A stretch of 64,000 bases of DNA, taken from assembly GCA_001029675.1 (NCBI GenBank), contig CP011210.1:320193-384192 (forward strand), read 5' to 3'. The position numbers and the translations under genes are program-made. Origin of the DNA: Candidatus Beckwithbacteria bacterium GW2011_GWC1_49_16 (lineage in GTDB: Bacteria > Patescibacteriota > Microgenomatia > UBA1400 > CG1-02-47-37). The notes under the pieces were generated by a model. That model ran no database searches. It worked only from the letters and a program-made list of their open reading frames with translations, and was not told where the DNA came from. The first letter of the stretch is position 1; every line of letters starts with the position of its first letter. Shown here in pieces: positions 9,631 to 18,465 of this stretch.

Positions 9631-10501
9631 GGGTAGAGACGACTGGCTCAAGGTCGCCGGCGATAATTTTATCGAGAGCCTTCCAGGATTTGGCGATTCT
9701 ATGATCGGTAACCCGGTTTTGGGGAAAGTTGTAGGTCCTTATTTTTTCGGCCCGCATCCCCCGACCGATAATTGCCCTGGCGGCGGATTTTTGGGCGGCA
9801 ATTTTTTGTAGCTCACGTTGGTAGAGTTTGCTTCTCAACAAGTCCAAGGCAATTTTTCTATTTTGTTCCTGAAACCTTTGGGTTTGGCAGGAAGTAATAA
9901 TGCCGGTGGGCTTGTGGGTGATTCTGACAGCGGTGGAAACCTTTTGGACGTTTTGCCCGCCCTGGGAAGAGGCGTGGGTGAATTGAATGGTTAAGTCGCC
10001 CGGGTGGATGACGACCTCTTTTTCGCTTATTTCCGGCAGTACCGCTACCGTGGCGGTTGAGGTATGTAAGCGACCGTGGGCTTCGGTTTCCGGGATGCGT
10101 TGGACCCGGTGGACGCCGGCTTCAAACTGGAATAAAGTAGCGGTCTGTTTGCCTTTGATCTTGATGATGCCTTGATCAAGCTTGACTACGGCAAGACCCT
10201 GGGAGTTGGCAAAGCGGGTGTACATGTCTTCTAAATCAGCCGCCCAGATTTTAGCTTCTTCGCCGCCAGTACCGGGGCGGATTTCTATAATGACGTTGCC
10301 AGAGCGGGTAGTTGAGTCGATGGAATCTTCCTGGTTTATTTGAGGAGTTTGTTCGGCGGCAAGCAGGACTTGTTTTTGGGCCTGAAGTTTAGCCAGCTCT
10401 TCTTCAGCCAGAGGTGCCAGCTCTCGGTCGGCAAGTGACTTTTTGACGGCGGCAATTTTTTGATCGAGTCTGTCTATTTCCTGTTTTAGGTAGTCGGTCA
10501 T
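9593..10501 (-). CDS. prfA: Peptide chain release factor 1 (short N-domain)
   Basis: GGQ motif ([10 protein letters not shown]) and the RF1-type C-terminal block [16 protein letters not shown] (RF2 has IRSY...). At 302 aa it is shorter than the usual ~360 aa. Confidence 0.8.
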   Translation of the reverse strand: MTDYLKQEIDRLDQKIAAVKKSLADRELAPLAEEELAKLQAQKQVLLAAEQTPQINQEDSIDSTTRSGNVIIEIRPGTGGEEAKIWAADLEDMYTRFANSQGLAVVKLDQGIIKIKGKQTATLFQFEAGVHRVQRIPETEAHGRLHTSTATVAVLPEISEKEVVIHPGDLTIQFTHASSQGGQNVQKVSTAVRITHKPTGIITSCQTQRFQEQNRKIALDLLRSKLYQRELQKIAAQKSAARAIIGRGMRAEKIRTYNFPQNRVTDHRIAKSWKALDKIIAGDLEPVVSTLTRQLPPASPSA

Positions 10502-10806
10502 TTAGCTTTTTTTTGCTGCTCGATCATCTCTCTTAAGGTTTGAGGCCTTTCCTCTTTTTGAGGTTGGTTCTGGTTTTTGGCTTTTTTGGTGTAGCCGGAC
10601 TTGGCGGCTTTTTGGCGGAGTTTTTCAAAGCGTTCGACCCGGCCCATGGTGTCGACGTACTTCATCTGTCCGGTGAAAAAAGGATGGCAGGCGGCGCAGA
10701 TTTCCACACGGATTTCCGGCTTGGTGGAGCCGGTGGTAAACTCGTTGCCGCAGGCACAGGTGACCTTGGCGTCAGAATAGTATTTGGGGTGGATGGCTGA
10801 TTTCAT
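10498..10806 (-). CDS. rpmE: 50S ribosomal protein L31 with Lys-rich C-terminal extension
   Basis: [10 protein letters not shown]...CACGNEF...[11 protein letters not shown]31 zinc-ribbon core, plus a ~35-aa basic tail. Confidence 0.85.
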   Translation of the reverse strand: MKSAIHPKYYSDAKVTCACGNEFTTGSTKPEIRVEICAACHPFFTGQMKYVDTMGRVERFEKLRQKAAKSGYTKKAKNQNQPQKEERPQTLREMIEQQKKAK

Positions 10807-10823
10807 GAGCTATGATTATATCT

Positions 10824-11795
10824 TCAAGCCTTTGGTTTGGCAAGGCGGCGGGGGCGAGATTCGCCTAAGAACACCCCAAGAAAAATGATGACCATTGCTA
10901 GAATTTGGGGCCAGGTGACTGATTCTTTTAGAAGTAAGAATGAAACGGGGATGGCAAAGACTCCGGTGAGATAAATAAACAGAGAGGCTTCGGAAGCCTC
11001 AATTAAATCCTGGCCTTTGATGTAAAAGGTGAGGGCAATAATGGAGCCGAAAAGGGCCATGTAGCCTGAAGCCAAAGCCACCGAGGGGGCTTTGAGCAAA
11101 GTGACCGAAGTAGACAGGCCGGCTTGGTTGAGCATGAAAAACAAGACTATCGCCGAGGCCAAGTAGCCCAAGCCGGTGACCATGAATTTGGGCTTGCCCT
11201 GATAGAATTTCTTGGCCACAAGGTAGTAGACGGCGATAAGCAGGTTGTGAGCCAGCACCAAGAGGTTGCCTAAAAAAGAAAAATTAATTTTTCCTATCCT
11301 GTTAGTTAAAAGCGGCTCGACGACCAAAAGGCCGGTACCAATTAGGGCTAAAGCCAGGCCGAGCCACTCCCGTCTTTCCTGTTTCTCTTTGAGAAAATAG
11401 ATGCCGCCAACGGTGATCAGTAACGGATAAGTGGCGGCAATCAGCGACGCTTCGATGGCCGAAGTTTGTTTGAGGCCGGAGTAGAGTAGGCCCAAAGAGA
11501 TGGGGGTGGCCAGAAGCTCGAGGGCGACAGAATAAAGGATAGTTTTAAGTGATGGTCGATGTTTTACCAGGAGGATTATCAAAAAGGGGAAAATGAGGAT
11601 GGAGGCGATGAGGTAGCGAAGGTAAAGAAACTGAAATGGGGAGACGAAGTTAAGCGAGGGTTTGACCAGGGGTAAAGCCGCGCCCCAAATGACAGCGTTG
11701 ACCAAAAGGAGTAAGTAGGCTTTTTTCCGGGCAGGAGTCATGGGTTTATTTGAGCCTGACGACGACTTGATCCAGGGTGAGGCTTTGTTGTTCAC
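10824..11795 (-). CDS. EamA/DMT-family membrane transporter (10 TM)
   Basis: Two repeated 5-TM EamA-like halves, hydrophobic throughout. The real start is probably the internal Met (MTPARKK), since the first ~50 nt overlap hisS. Confidence 0.5.
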   Translation of the reverse strand: MNNKASPWIKSSSGSNKPMTPARKKAYLLLLVNAVIWGAALPLVKPSLNFVSPFQFLYLRYLIASILIFPFLIILLVKHRPSLKTILYSVALELLATPISLGLLYSGLKQTSAIEASLIAATYPLLITVGGIYFLKEKQERREWLGLALALIGTGLLVVEPLLTNRIGKINFSFLGNLLVLAHNLLIAVYYLVAKKFYQGKPKFMVTGLGYLASAIVLFFMLNQAGLSTSVTLLKAPSVALASGYMALFGSIIALTFYIKGQDLIEASEASLFIYLTGVFAIPVSFLLLKESVTWPQILAMVIIFLGVFLGESRPRRLAKPKA

Positions 11796-12987
11796 CGGTG
11801 GTCATGTCTTTGAGAGTAACTTTGTCGGCTTTAGCCTCGTCGGGGCCGATCATCAACACAAAAGGAATATTTTTGGCGGCAGCATATTTTAGTTGTTTAT
11901 CAAGATTTTCATCCTGAGGAAATATTTCCGTTTTAATGTCAGCAGTTCTCAATGTGTTGGCCAAGTTTAAAGATTTTCCTTCGTATCCCGGAAATATGGT
12001 AATCAGCGCTTTTATTACCGAAGTTGCTTTAGGGATTAGATTCATTTCAGAGGCGGCTTCAACCATTCGATCAAATCCGAAAGCAATACCTACCGCCGGC
12101 GTGTTTGTTCCACTTAGTTGATCAATCAGCTTATCGTAGCGACCGCCACCGCCTAGCGATCCCGATTCAAATTCCGGAATAATAACTTCAAAAATCATGC
12201 CGGTATAATAATCAAGTCCTCGGGCCAGATAGGGGATGAATTCGATTCTATCCTCAGGTACGCCAGAAGAGATGCTAAACCCAATAATTTTTTCTAGTTG
12301 TTTTGTCGGCCGAGCTTGTTTTAATAGGTTGTTTATTTTTTGAAACTGCTCTAGGGTTACTCCTTTCTTTTTTAACTCCATTTGTACCTGGTCAACAGTT
12401 TTTTTATCCAGTTTGTCAAGAGATTGAATCACTGAAAGTGATTTTTGTTCGGTTATCCCAGACTTTTTGATAACATCAAAAAGAATTTGCCGGTCGTTGA
12501 TACGTAGCGTCACGTTGGGAAAACCGACATTTTTAAAAGCGAAATAGGTACAAGCGATGATTTCGGTATCGGCCAACGGTGAAGTGGTGCCAAAGATATC
12601 AATGTCGCACTGAGTAAATTCCCGATATCTACCTTTTTGTGGTTTATCCGCCCGGTAAACATTTTGGAATTGATAGCGACGGAAATATTTGGGTAATTGA
12701 TTTTTGTACTGGGTTAAAACTCTGGCAGTGGGTACGGTTTGGTCATAACGGAGGCCAACTTCTCTGTTTCCCCGATCTTTAAAGATGTAAATCAACTTAT
12801 CAGCTTCCTTGCCATATTTTCCAAGTAATAAATCGGCGTATTCCAGAGTGGGAGTCTCTAGGGGTTCAAAGCCAAAAAGTTCAAAGGTTTGTTTAATTTT
12901 TTCCAGCACGAAATCCCGCTTTCTTTTTTCATTGGGTAAAAAGTCCCGAAAACCTTTTAGAGTCTGGGGCAGGTTTAGTTTAGCCAT
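11746..12987 (-). CDS. hisS: Histidyl-tRNA synthetase
   Basis: Class II aaRS motifs and the HisRS N-terminus (LPQTLKGFRDFLP), GGGRYD motif 3 region, C-terminal anticodon-binding domain. Confidence 0.9.
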   Translation of the reverse strand: MAKLNLPQTLKGFRDFLPNEKRKRDFVLEKIKQTFELFGFEPLETPTLEYADLLLGKYGKEADKLIYIFKDRGNREVGLRYDQTVPTARVLTQYKNQLPKYFRRYQFQNVYRADKPQKGRYREFTQCDIDIFGTTSPLADTEIIACTYFAFKNVGFPNVTLRINDRQILFDVIKKSGITEQKSLSVIQSLDKLDKKTVDQVQMELKKKGVTLEQFQKINNLLKQARPTKQLEKIIGFSISSGVPEDRIEFIPYLARGLDYYTGMIFEVIIPEFESGSLGGGGRYDKLIDQLSGTNTPAVGIAFGFDRMVEAASEMNLIPKATSVIKALITIFPGYEGKSLNLANTLRTADIKTEIFPQDENLDKQLKYAAAKNIPFVLMIGPDEAKADKVTLKDMTTGEQQSLTLDQVVVRLK

Positions 12988-13009
12988 AGAGTTATTTTAT
13001 CATTAAATT

Positions 13010-13690
13010 TTAAAAAGAGAGATCATTATTAAGTTTTTGCATCATGCAGCAGGCTATTCCTGGATAAAGTCCGGGAAACAAGGGGAAAAACTTGATGCCG
13101 TCAACGGAGGCTTCTTCAAAATCTTTGAATCCTTTGGGGTCAAGCCCTGATAATCTGCCGGTGACAATGAAAAACTGCTGAGGTTCTTGTCTGGTTTCTC
13201 CTTCAAAGAAAGAGTTTAAAACTTTTTCTAGATCTTGAGCCACTTGAGGTGAATTTTTTGGTCCGCATTGAATTTCTAAAGAGTTAGGGATGAATTGACA
13301 CAGTGGCCCGGTCGGTAAAAGCCCCGGCCACAAAACCACTTTACCGATATCAAGATTTTTTGCCAGTTCAATATTTTTCCAGTTAGGGTCGCCTAGAATG
13401 ATAAAAATACCACAGTCAGATTCCGCCCCATGAATGTCAATTACTTGCTGGTATTCACTGCCAGTTTGGATGAGGCGGAAAGCGAGTCTTTCTTCCAGTA
13501 ATTTAGAATCGGGATTGCCCGGACCAGATCGGTTAAGATCAGCCTCAAGGTAGCGCTGGTTTTCTGTCAGGGCTTGAGGATTGGCAACAATCGAATCGAA
13601 ATTAAATTTCGACTTTAACTTTTCCACGATTGGAATAGAAAAAGCTTCGTCGCCGTGTACGGCTGTTAAAATTAATGTTTCTTTTGTCAT
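13010..13690 (-). CDS. Succinylglutamate desuccinylase/aspartoacylase (AstE/AspA) family zinc deacylase
   Basis: Zinc-ligand-like motifs HGDE (N-terminus), DLNR and DIHGAE are in the order characteristic of the AstE/AspA (M14-like) family. Confidence 0.6.
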   Translation of the reverse strand: MTKETLILTAVHGDEAFSIPIVEKLKSKFNFDSIVANPQALTENQRYLEADLNRSGPGNPDSKLLEERLAFRLIQTGSEYQQVIDIHGAESDCGIFIILGDPNWKNIELAKNLDIGKVVLWPGLLPTGPLCQFIPNSLEIQCGPKNSPQVAQDLEKVLNSFFEGETRQEPQQFFIVTGRLSGLDPKGFKDFEEASVDGIKFFPLFPGLYPGIACCMMQKLNNDLSF

Positions 13691-13706
13691 ATTTGTTTTA
13701 TGTTTT

Positions 13707-14600
13707 CTAAAGGCGGGCTTGTTCTAGGATTAGAATATTTTTTTGGCAGGTAAGACCGGTGTTTTGGCGACTTTGGTAGCTGAAGCAAAAGATCATAGAG
13801 AGACCGTAGGTTTGTAATAGTGATAGAGATTGGTTAAAAGGGGTGAACCAACTTCCAGTTTCTGAATCGTCCTGTCCAAAGAAAGCATAACCCAGTCCCT
13901 CTGGCAGAATTTCCAAAATCGTATTCTTTATGCTTTGTAGCGCCTCAGAAGTTAGCCTATCTTTCAGTTCGGCCAGTCGGTAGACTTTCCGTAAATCATT
14001 TATTGATACTTTGTTATTAATTAAGTCGAGCAGCTCTTGGTATGGAATTAGTCTTAAGTCTGAGGTTTGGATGTTTTCACTTGAGGCTAGGGTGATTATG
14101 GCAATACCGCCTTTTCTTAAAATCGTGCTAGCTTCCTTGAGAATTAAGGGGCTGATAGCTAGAGGGTTATAGTTTAGTAGATAGTCTAAGACTACCAAGT
14201 CTTGACTATTATCTTTAATTTCGGTATTCGTCGCGTTTGTAAGAAGAGGAGTAATTGATGGAGATTTTCTTTCTCTTAAACTGGTGATTATCTGGTTATC
14301 AAAATCAACTACTCTTAGGTCTCGGCAGGGGACGTCTAGGCTGTTGGATATAAAACTGATCACTTGGTCTGGTTCTTCAGGCGTGCCGGTTCCTAACATG
14401 GTTACTGATATAGGGACTGTGAAGCGGTTTCTGAGTTTCTCAGACACCAGGGGTATGTTAGCAACGGTGGCCAAGCTGGCTCCGATGGGAGGATGATTGT
14501 TGAGCACCTCCTCGCTAGGGCCTTGTTGAAAAAAATCTTCTAAACCTTTTCGGTAAGTAATTCGAGTGAGTACCTCACGGCGAGACTCTGCTGGCAACAT
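13707..14600 (-). CDS. Hypothetical protein, possible class-I SAM-dependent methyltransferase fold
   Basis: Weak motif-I-like VTMLGTGTPEE, post-I acidic VVDFD, motif II-like DLVVLDYLL, motif III-like LRKGGIAIITL. This is a low-confidence fold guess only. Confidence 0.3.
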   Translation of the reverse strand: MLPAESRREVLTRITYRKGLEDFFQQGPSEEVLNNHPPIGASLATVANIPLVSEKLRNRFTVPISVTMLGTGTPEEPDQVISFISNSLDVPCRDLRVVDFDNQIITSLRERKSPSITPLLTNATNTEIKDNSQDLVVLDYLLNYNPLAISPLILKEASTILRKGGIAIITLASSENIQTSDLRLIPYQELLDLINNKVSINDLRKVYRLAELKDRLTSEALQSIKNTILEILPEGLGYAFFGQDDSETGSWFTPFNQSLSLLQTYGLSMIFCFSYQSRQNTGLTCQKNILILEQARL

Positions 14601-14601
14601 A

Positions 14602-15564
14602 CTAAGTTAACAGATTTAGTAGCAGGCGGTAGAACTTTTCTGCTTTTACTCCTGAAATAATTTTGACAGCTTTAGTTTTGGAGGGAATAAGTTTTGTTTG
14701 CCCTCTATTTTTACCAGCCAAGTTGACTTGAATTCTTCCCCGGTAGGTTTTAGTGACGATGTTTGGATCAATCATTGCGGCGCTGACTAAAGGGTCATAG
14801 TAACAGTTGAAGTCGTAGTTATTTTTAAGAATTAACTCTCTTATCACTAGGCTATTTTTTTTGGTCAGCCGTTTTTGTTTAAGGTTTTGATTAAACTGCT
14901 CTAATGTTTTTTTGAGTTGGTTTTTAACGAGGGGAACCATGGCTGGTACGTAAAGAGTGGCGTTTATTGGAATTATTGTGGTAGGTATTGATGAGTTAAA
15001 GATAATATCGGCAGCCTCTGGATCAAGGTAAAGATTATAGTCAAGAATGTCTTGGGAAAGCGGAGGGCCGGGCATGGATTTAAATGCGCCTCCCATTAAA
15101 ATTATTTGATCGACTTTAACAATTAATGTGTCACGGCACTTTTCTATAAGTGTGGCAATATTGGTGAGGGGGCCTAGGCAGACTAAGGTAATTTTCTGGC
15201 GTTCGCTTTTAATTAAGTCGGCAAGTTTATCGAGAGAGTTATAAACCAAGATTTTTGGAGAAGGGTCTTGAGGGAGGGGAATTTTTTCCAATAGTGTCAG
15301 CTTATTGGCTCTGACACGGTCGATTTTTGGAAATACAGCCTGCCAGTTTCTATTCATGGCTCTAGTTTTACCTTTTATGATAGGGATGGGGTTGTTTATA
15401 AAAGTGAGAATTCTGGCTAAGTTACTGGTACCCAAGTTGGTTTCAGAAACACCATAAACTGTACTAAATGCTTTTATGTTAAATTTTTTAGAAAGTTGTA
15501 GCATTAAGATAGCAATTAGATCGTCGTTGCCTACATCGGTGTCTATATAGATGGGTTTTTTCAT
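14602..15564 (-). CDS. Inosine-uridine-preferring nucleoside hydrolase family protein
   Basis: N-terminal calcium-binding aspartate cluster IDTDVGNDD (the DxDxxxDD IU-NH fingerprint); ~320 aa. Confidence 0.8.
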   Translation of the reverse strand: MKKPIYIDTDVGNDDLIAILMLQLSKKFNIKAFSTVYGVSETNLGTSNLARILTFINNPIPIIKGKTRAMNRNWQAVFPKIDRVRANKLTLLEKIPLPQDPSPKILVYNSLDKLADLIKSERQKITLVCLGPLTNIATLIEKCRDTLIVKVDQIILMGGAFKSMPGPPLSQDILDYNLYLDPEAADIIFNSSIPTTIIPINATLYVPAMVPLVKNQLKKTLEQFNQNLKQKRLTKKNSLVIRELILKNNYDFNCYYDPLVSAAMIDPNIVTKTYRGRIQVNLAGKNRGQTKLIPSKTKAVKIISGVKAEKFYRLLLNLLT

Positions 15565-17276
15565 ATTTTCTTCATTTGCTCAAATGGCTGATCGTTATTT
15601 TTTGAGGCCTGAATTATTAGAGATGCGGCTCTATCTGAGTTGTCGTTGACAACTACCATATCGATGATTCCAGCCTCAAGCATGGCTTGAGCTTTTGAGG
15701 TAGTTATGTCTAGTTCTTGAAGGGAACGCTTCAATCGTGTGTCAACGTTTCCTTGATTTCTAGTAATTAGTCTATTTTTGAGTTCTCTGAGTGATGGGGG
15801 GAGAACAAGTACCAGCTTGGCTTGAGGAAGGAGTTTTTTAAGCTGGATAGCGTTATCGGTGCCTTCAAAAACGCAGAAAGCGTCGTTCGGAGTATTAGTT
15901 AGTTGGGTGATGATTTCTCTTTTTGTAACTCCATAGAGTTCGCCATTGGCCCGGTAGATTCCAGCGGTAAGCATTTCTCCGTTTCTCACTTGTTTTAAGA
16001 AATACTCTTTGGTTGTCGGTTGAATTCCTAAAATTTCTGCAGTATTTCTAGAAGGTCGAGTAGTTACCCTTTTAATCTGAGTTGAACCTGGTGCCTGATT
16101 GATAACTATTTGGGTTAAGGTAGTTTTACCTACCCCAGAGCTACCGAAGAGAATAATGACTTGTCCGGCTTTTTGGTTAAGTTCTTCTGGGAGCTCTGTA
16201 GGCGTTTGCGGTAGTTGCTCAAAGCCCTCGAGACTGAAAAGAATTTCTGTGCCTGACTGGAGAGTGATTAATGCTTCTGTTAGATAGTCAATAACGTTTT
16301 CCTCTTTTTCAGCCGCCCTGATTTGATTTGTAATGCTGGCCAACAAACCGTAGCCGGCGTCGGAGATATCTTGAAAAGTAAGGATCCTGCCAGATTTTTT
16401 TTGGATAGATTCTAAGAGTTTGAGGTTTGCCCAGATCACGCCTCGACTGAAAGGAATTAATGTTTCTGGAGGGATACTAGCTCCCGAACCGTCAGAGAAA
16501 GGGGCAAAGTAGGGAATAGTATAGTAAATGGCTTTTTCGTTTTTTGTCTCTAGGAAAAGTTTGCCGCCATCAAATCTTAAATCTCGACAGCAGACCCAAT
16601 CGAATATGTTCCTAACGGGCATAACTGCTTGATAGCCGGGAGTAATACCTGGAGAGCCAGTTTCAGTTTCTCGGTCGTATGGTCCTATACCACCATAAAA
16701 GCCCACAACTTCTAGACTTTGATTCTGAAAGATTTGAAGATATGCATTAAGGCAGCCTGGCCACCAACCGTCGTCAACAAGGATAATTTTGCTGTCGGTA
16801 CCCGTTTGGGTTATTTCTTCTGCCAGTATCTTGATTTGTTTTTCTAAAGAGGGCTCGCCTGGTCGGGGGCCGATGACTTCTCCGGCTGAATTGATTATTC
16901 TACCGATGCTTAAAATAGAGTAATCTTTCCCAGACTGTTGGTTGGGAGAAGAGATGAACCTATCAAGAACAACAACTCTGGCGTTTTGTTGTTTAGCATC
17001 AGCGACAGCCTGGTCAAGCAAAAAGGAGAGTTGTTGGTAGAAGGGCTTCTCGGCAACAGACACAATGGGAACTTTTTGTTTTTGGAAGGCAGCGGTTAGG
17101 GCATCTAAGATAGATAGGTTGAAAGCTTCAATGGCATCGTTGGGAATGTCAGCTTCAGTTAAACTGGGTATTTTAGTAATGGCGCCAAGGGTATCTTGAG
17201 TAAGCACGAAAGCCCCACCGGCCCAAAGAGCTTCAGGAGTAGATGTTAACTTTGAATAGGTTTTTAACTTTTCCAT
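15561..17276 (-). CDS. Fusion protein: unknown ~370-aa N-terminal domain + C-terminal guanylate-kinase-like domain
   Basis: C-terminal half carries the GMP-kinase P-loop and NMP-binding blocks (LFGSSGVGKTTL...TTRPSRN...E..G..Y.F). The N-terminal half has no motif I can assign; the KIILVDDGWWPG segment faintly resembles a PRTase PRPP loop. Confidence 0.6.
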   Translation of the reverse strand: MEKLKTYSKLTSTPEALWAGGAFVLTQDTLGAITKIPSLTEADIPNDAIEAFNLSILDALTAAFQKQKVPIVSVAEKPFYQQLSFLLDQAVADAKQQNARVVVLDRFISSPNQQSGKDYSILSIGRIINSAGEVIGPRPGEPSLEKQIKILAEEITQTGTDSKIILVDDGWWPGCLNAYLQIFQNQSLEVVGFYGGIGPYDRETETGSPGITPGYQAVMPVRNIFDWVCCRDLRFDGGKLFLETKNEKAIYYTIPYFAPFSDGSGASIPPETLIPFSRGVIWANLKLLESIQKKSGRILTFQDISDAGYGLLASITNQIRAAEKEENVIDYLTEALITLQSGTEILFSLEGFEQLPQTPTELPEELNQKAGQVIILFGSSGVGKTTLTQIVINQAPGSTQIKRVTTRPSRNTAEILGIQPTTKEYFLKQVRNGEMLTAGIYRANGELYGVTKREIITQLTNTPNDAFCVFEGTDNAIQLKKLLPQAKLVLVLPPSLRELKNRLITRNQGNVDTRLKRSLQELDITTSKAQAMLEAGIIDMVVVNDNSDRAASLIIQASKNNDQPFEQMKKI

Positions 17277-17288
17277 ATTTTCTCCAGT

Positions 17289-17316
17289 AAAAAACCCCGC
17301 GGCTGCGGGGGAGGGG
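17289..17316 (-). terminator. Rho-independent terminator (minus strand): CCCCGCAGCCGCGGGG hairpin + U6, 14 nt upstream of the GMP-kinase-fusion start codon
   Basis: GC-rich perfect hairpin followed by TTTTTT on the minus strand, downstream of the TrpR-like gene and inside the leader of the next operon. Confidence 0.6.
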
Positions 17317-17458
17317 ATAACTATTTAATTATTAGGGAATTAGCTATACCGCCCACAGCCACAGTCGGGAGGGGCGTGATGAACTTTGGTAGAAAAACCT
17401 TGTTTTATCATGTTAACACGCTAATATACAGGAAAGTTTGGAGTTGTCAAGCGTCAAT

Positions 17459-17749
17459 TTATCTTTTGTTTGGGAAAAGACGGTTTAAGATGAGGCGGTA
17501 GCCGCCGCGACCACGGTGGAGCCAGTAGGCCACGCGGGTAACGGTAGTGGTGGAAGTTTTGGCAAGGCGAGCGATTTCTTGGTAAGGTTTACCTTGGTGC
17601 AGTAACCGGACAACCTTAAAACGGCTAGAGAAAGTGTCGATTTCCTGCGGGGTAAGAAGGTCCCTGAAAAAGGCTTTGGTCTCGGCGAGGTTTTTGAGCT
17701 TGAGAATTGCCTGGTAAAGAATTTTGGTGTCGGGCGATAAAGGATTCAT
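17459..17749 (-). CDS. TrpR-like / YerC-YecD family DNA-binding protein
   Basis: ~96 aa; helix-turn-helix region YQEIARLAKTSTTTVTRVAYWL typical of the Trp-repressor-like YerC/YecD family. Confidence 0.6.
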   Translation of the reverse strand: MNPLSPDTKILYQAILKLKNLAETKAFFRDLLTPQEIDTFSSRFKVVRLLHQGKPYQEIARLAKTSTTTVTRVAYWLHRGRGGYRLILNRLFPNKR

Positions 17750-18465
17750 AGTTTAATGGTAGCAGACCTAAGGTCTTTGGGGAATTTGGTTAAGAGTCGG
17801 TAACCGGAGCGGGTTTTTAAAACCGTGTCTTCAATGCGGATGCCGAAGCGGTTTTTAAAATAAAGACCGGGTTCGACGGTAATCACATCGCCTGGTTTGA
17901 CTACTTGGTGTTTGGCTTTAGGGTTTAAACGGGGGAATTGGTGAATGGCTCGGCCGATGCCGTGACCCAGACCATGGATAAAGTGGCGGTCAAGGTTAAG
18001 CTTTTTAAAATAATGCCTAACCGTTTGGTCGACTTCAGCCCCGTTCACTCCGGGAGAGTCCTTGCGGCCACTCCCGGAGTGTCGGAGGTGATTTAGGGCA
18101 ATTTGCTGAGCGTGGAGCACCTGGCGGTAGGCTATAGCCCAGCTTGGCTGGGTTTTGCCGGCAAAGAACATTCTGGTGGCGTCGCTACAATAGCCGCCTA
18201 CTTTGACGCCAATGTCGATCATGACAATTTGGTTTGTAGTGAGTTTGCGGTTGGTGGGGCGGTGGTGAATGTTAGCCGTGTGGTTTCCGAAAGCGACGAT
18301 GGTGGGAAAGGCAAAGCCTTGGGCGCCAGACTTTTTTAAAAAGCGATTGATTTGGCGTTTAATTTGTTGCTCGGTTTTACCTGGAGTAAGGAGTGGTTTG
18401 ATAAAGTAAAGCGCTTGGTCCAGAAGCCGACAGGAGGCGGCAATCGAAGTTAGCTTACTCGTCAT
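17746..18465 (-). CDS. M24-family metallopeptidase (pita-bread fold; MetAP/Xaa-Pro peptidase catalytic domain only)
   Basis: Metal-ligand blocks D..D (MIDIGVKVGGYCSD), HGLGHGIG, EPGLY and IEDTV; 239 aa, no N-terminal creatinase domain. Confidence 0.75.
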   Translation of the reverse strand: MTSKLTSIAASCRLLDQALYFIKPLLTPGKTEQQIKRQINRFLKKSGAQGFAFPTIVAFGNHTANIHHRPTNRKLTTNQIVMIDIGVKVGGYCSDATRMFFAGKTQPSWAIAYRQVLHAQQIALNHLRHSGSGRKDSPGVNGAEVDQTVRHYFKKLNLDRHFIHGLGHGIGRAIHQFPRLNPKAKHQVVKPGDVITVEPGLYFKNRFGIRIEDTVLKTRSGYRLLTKFPKDLRSATIKL

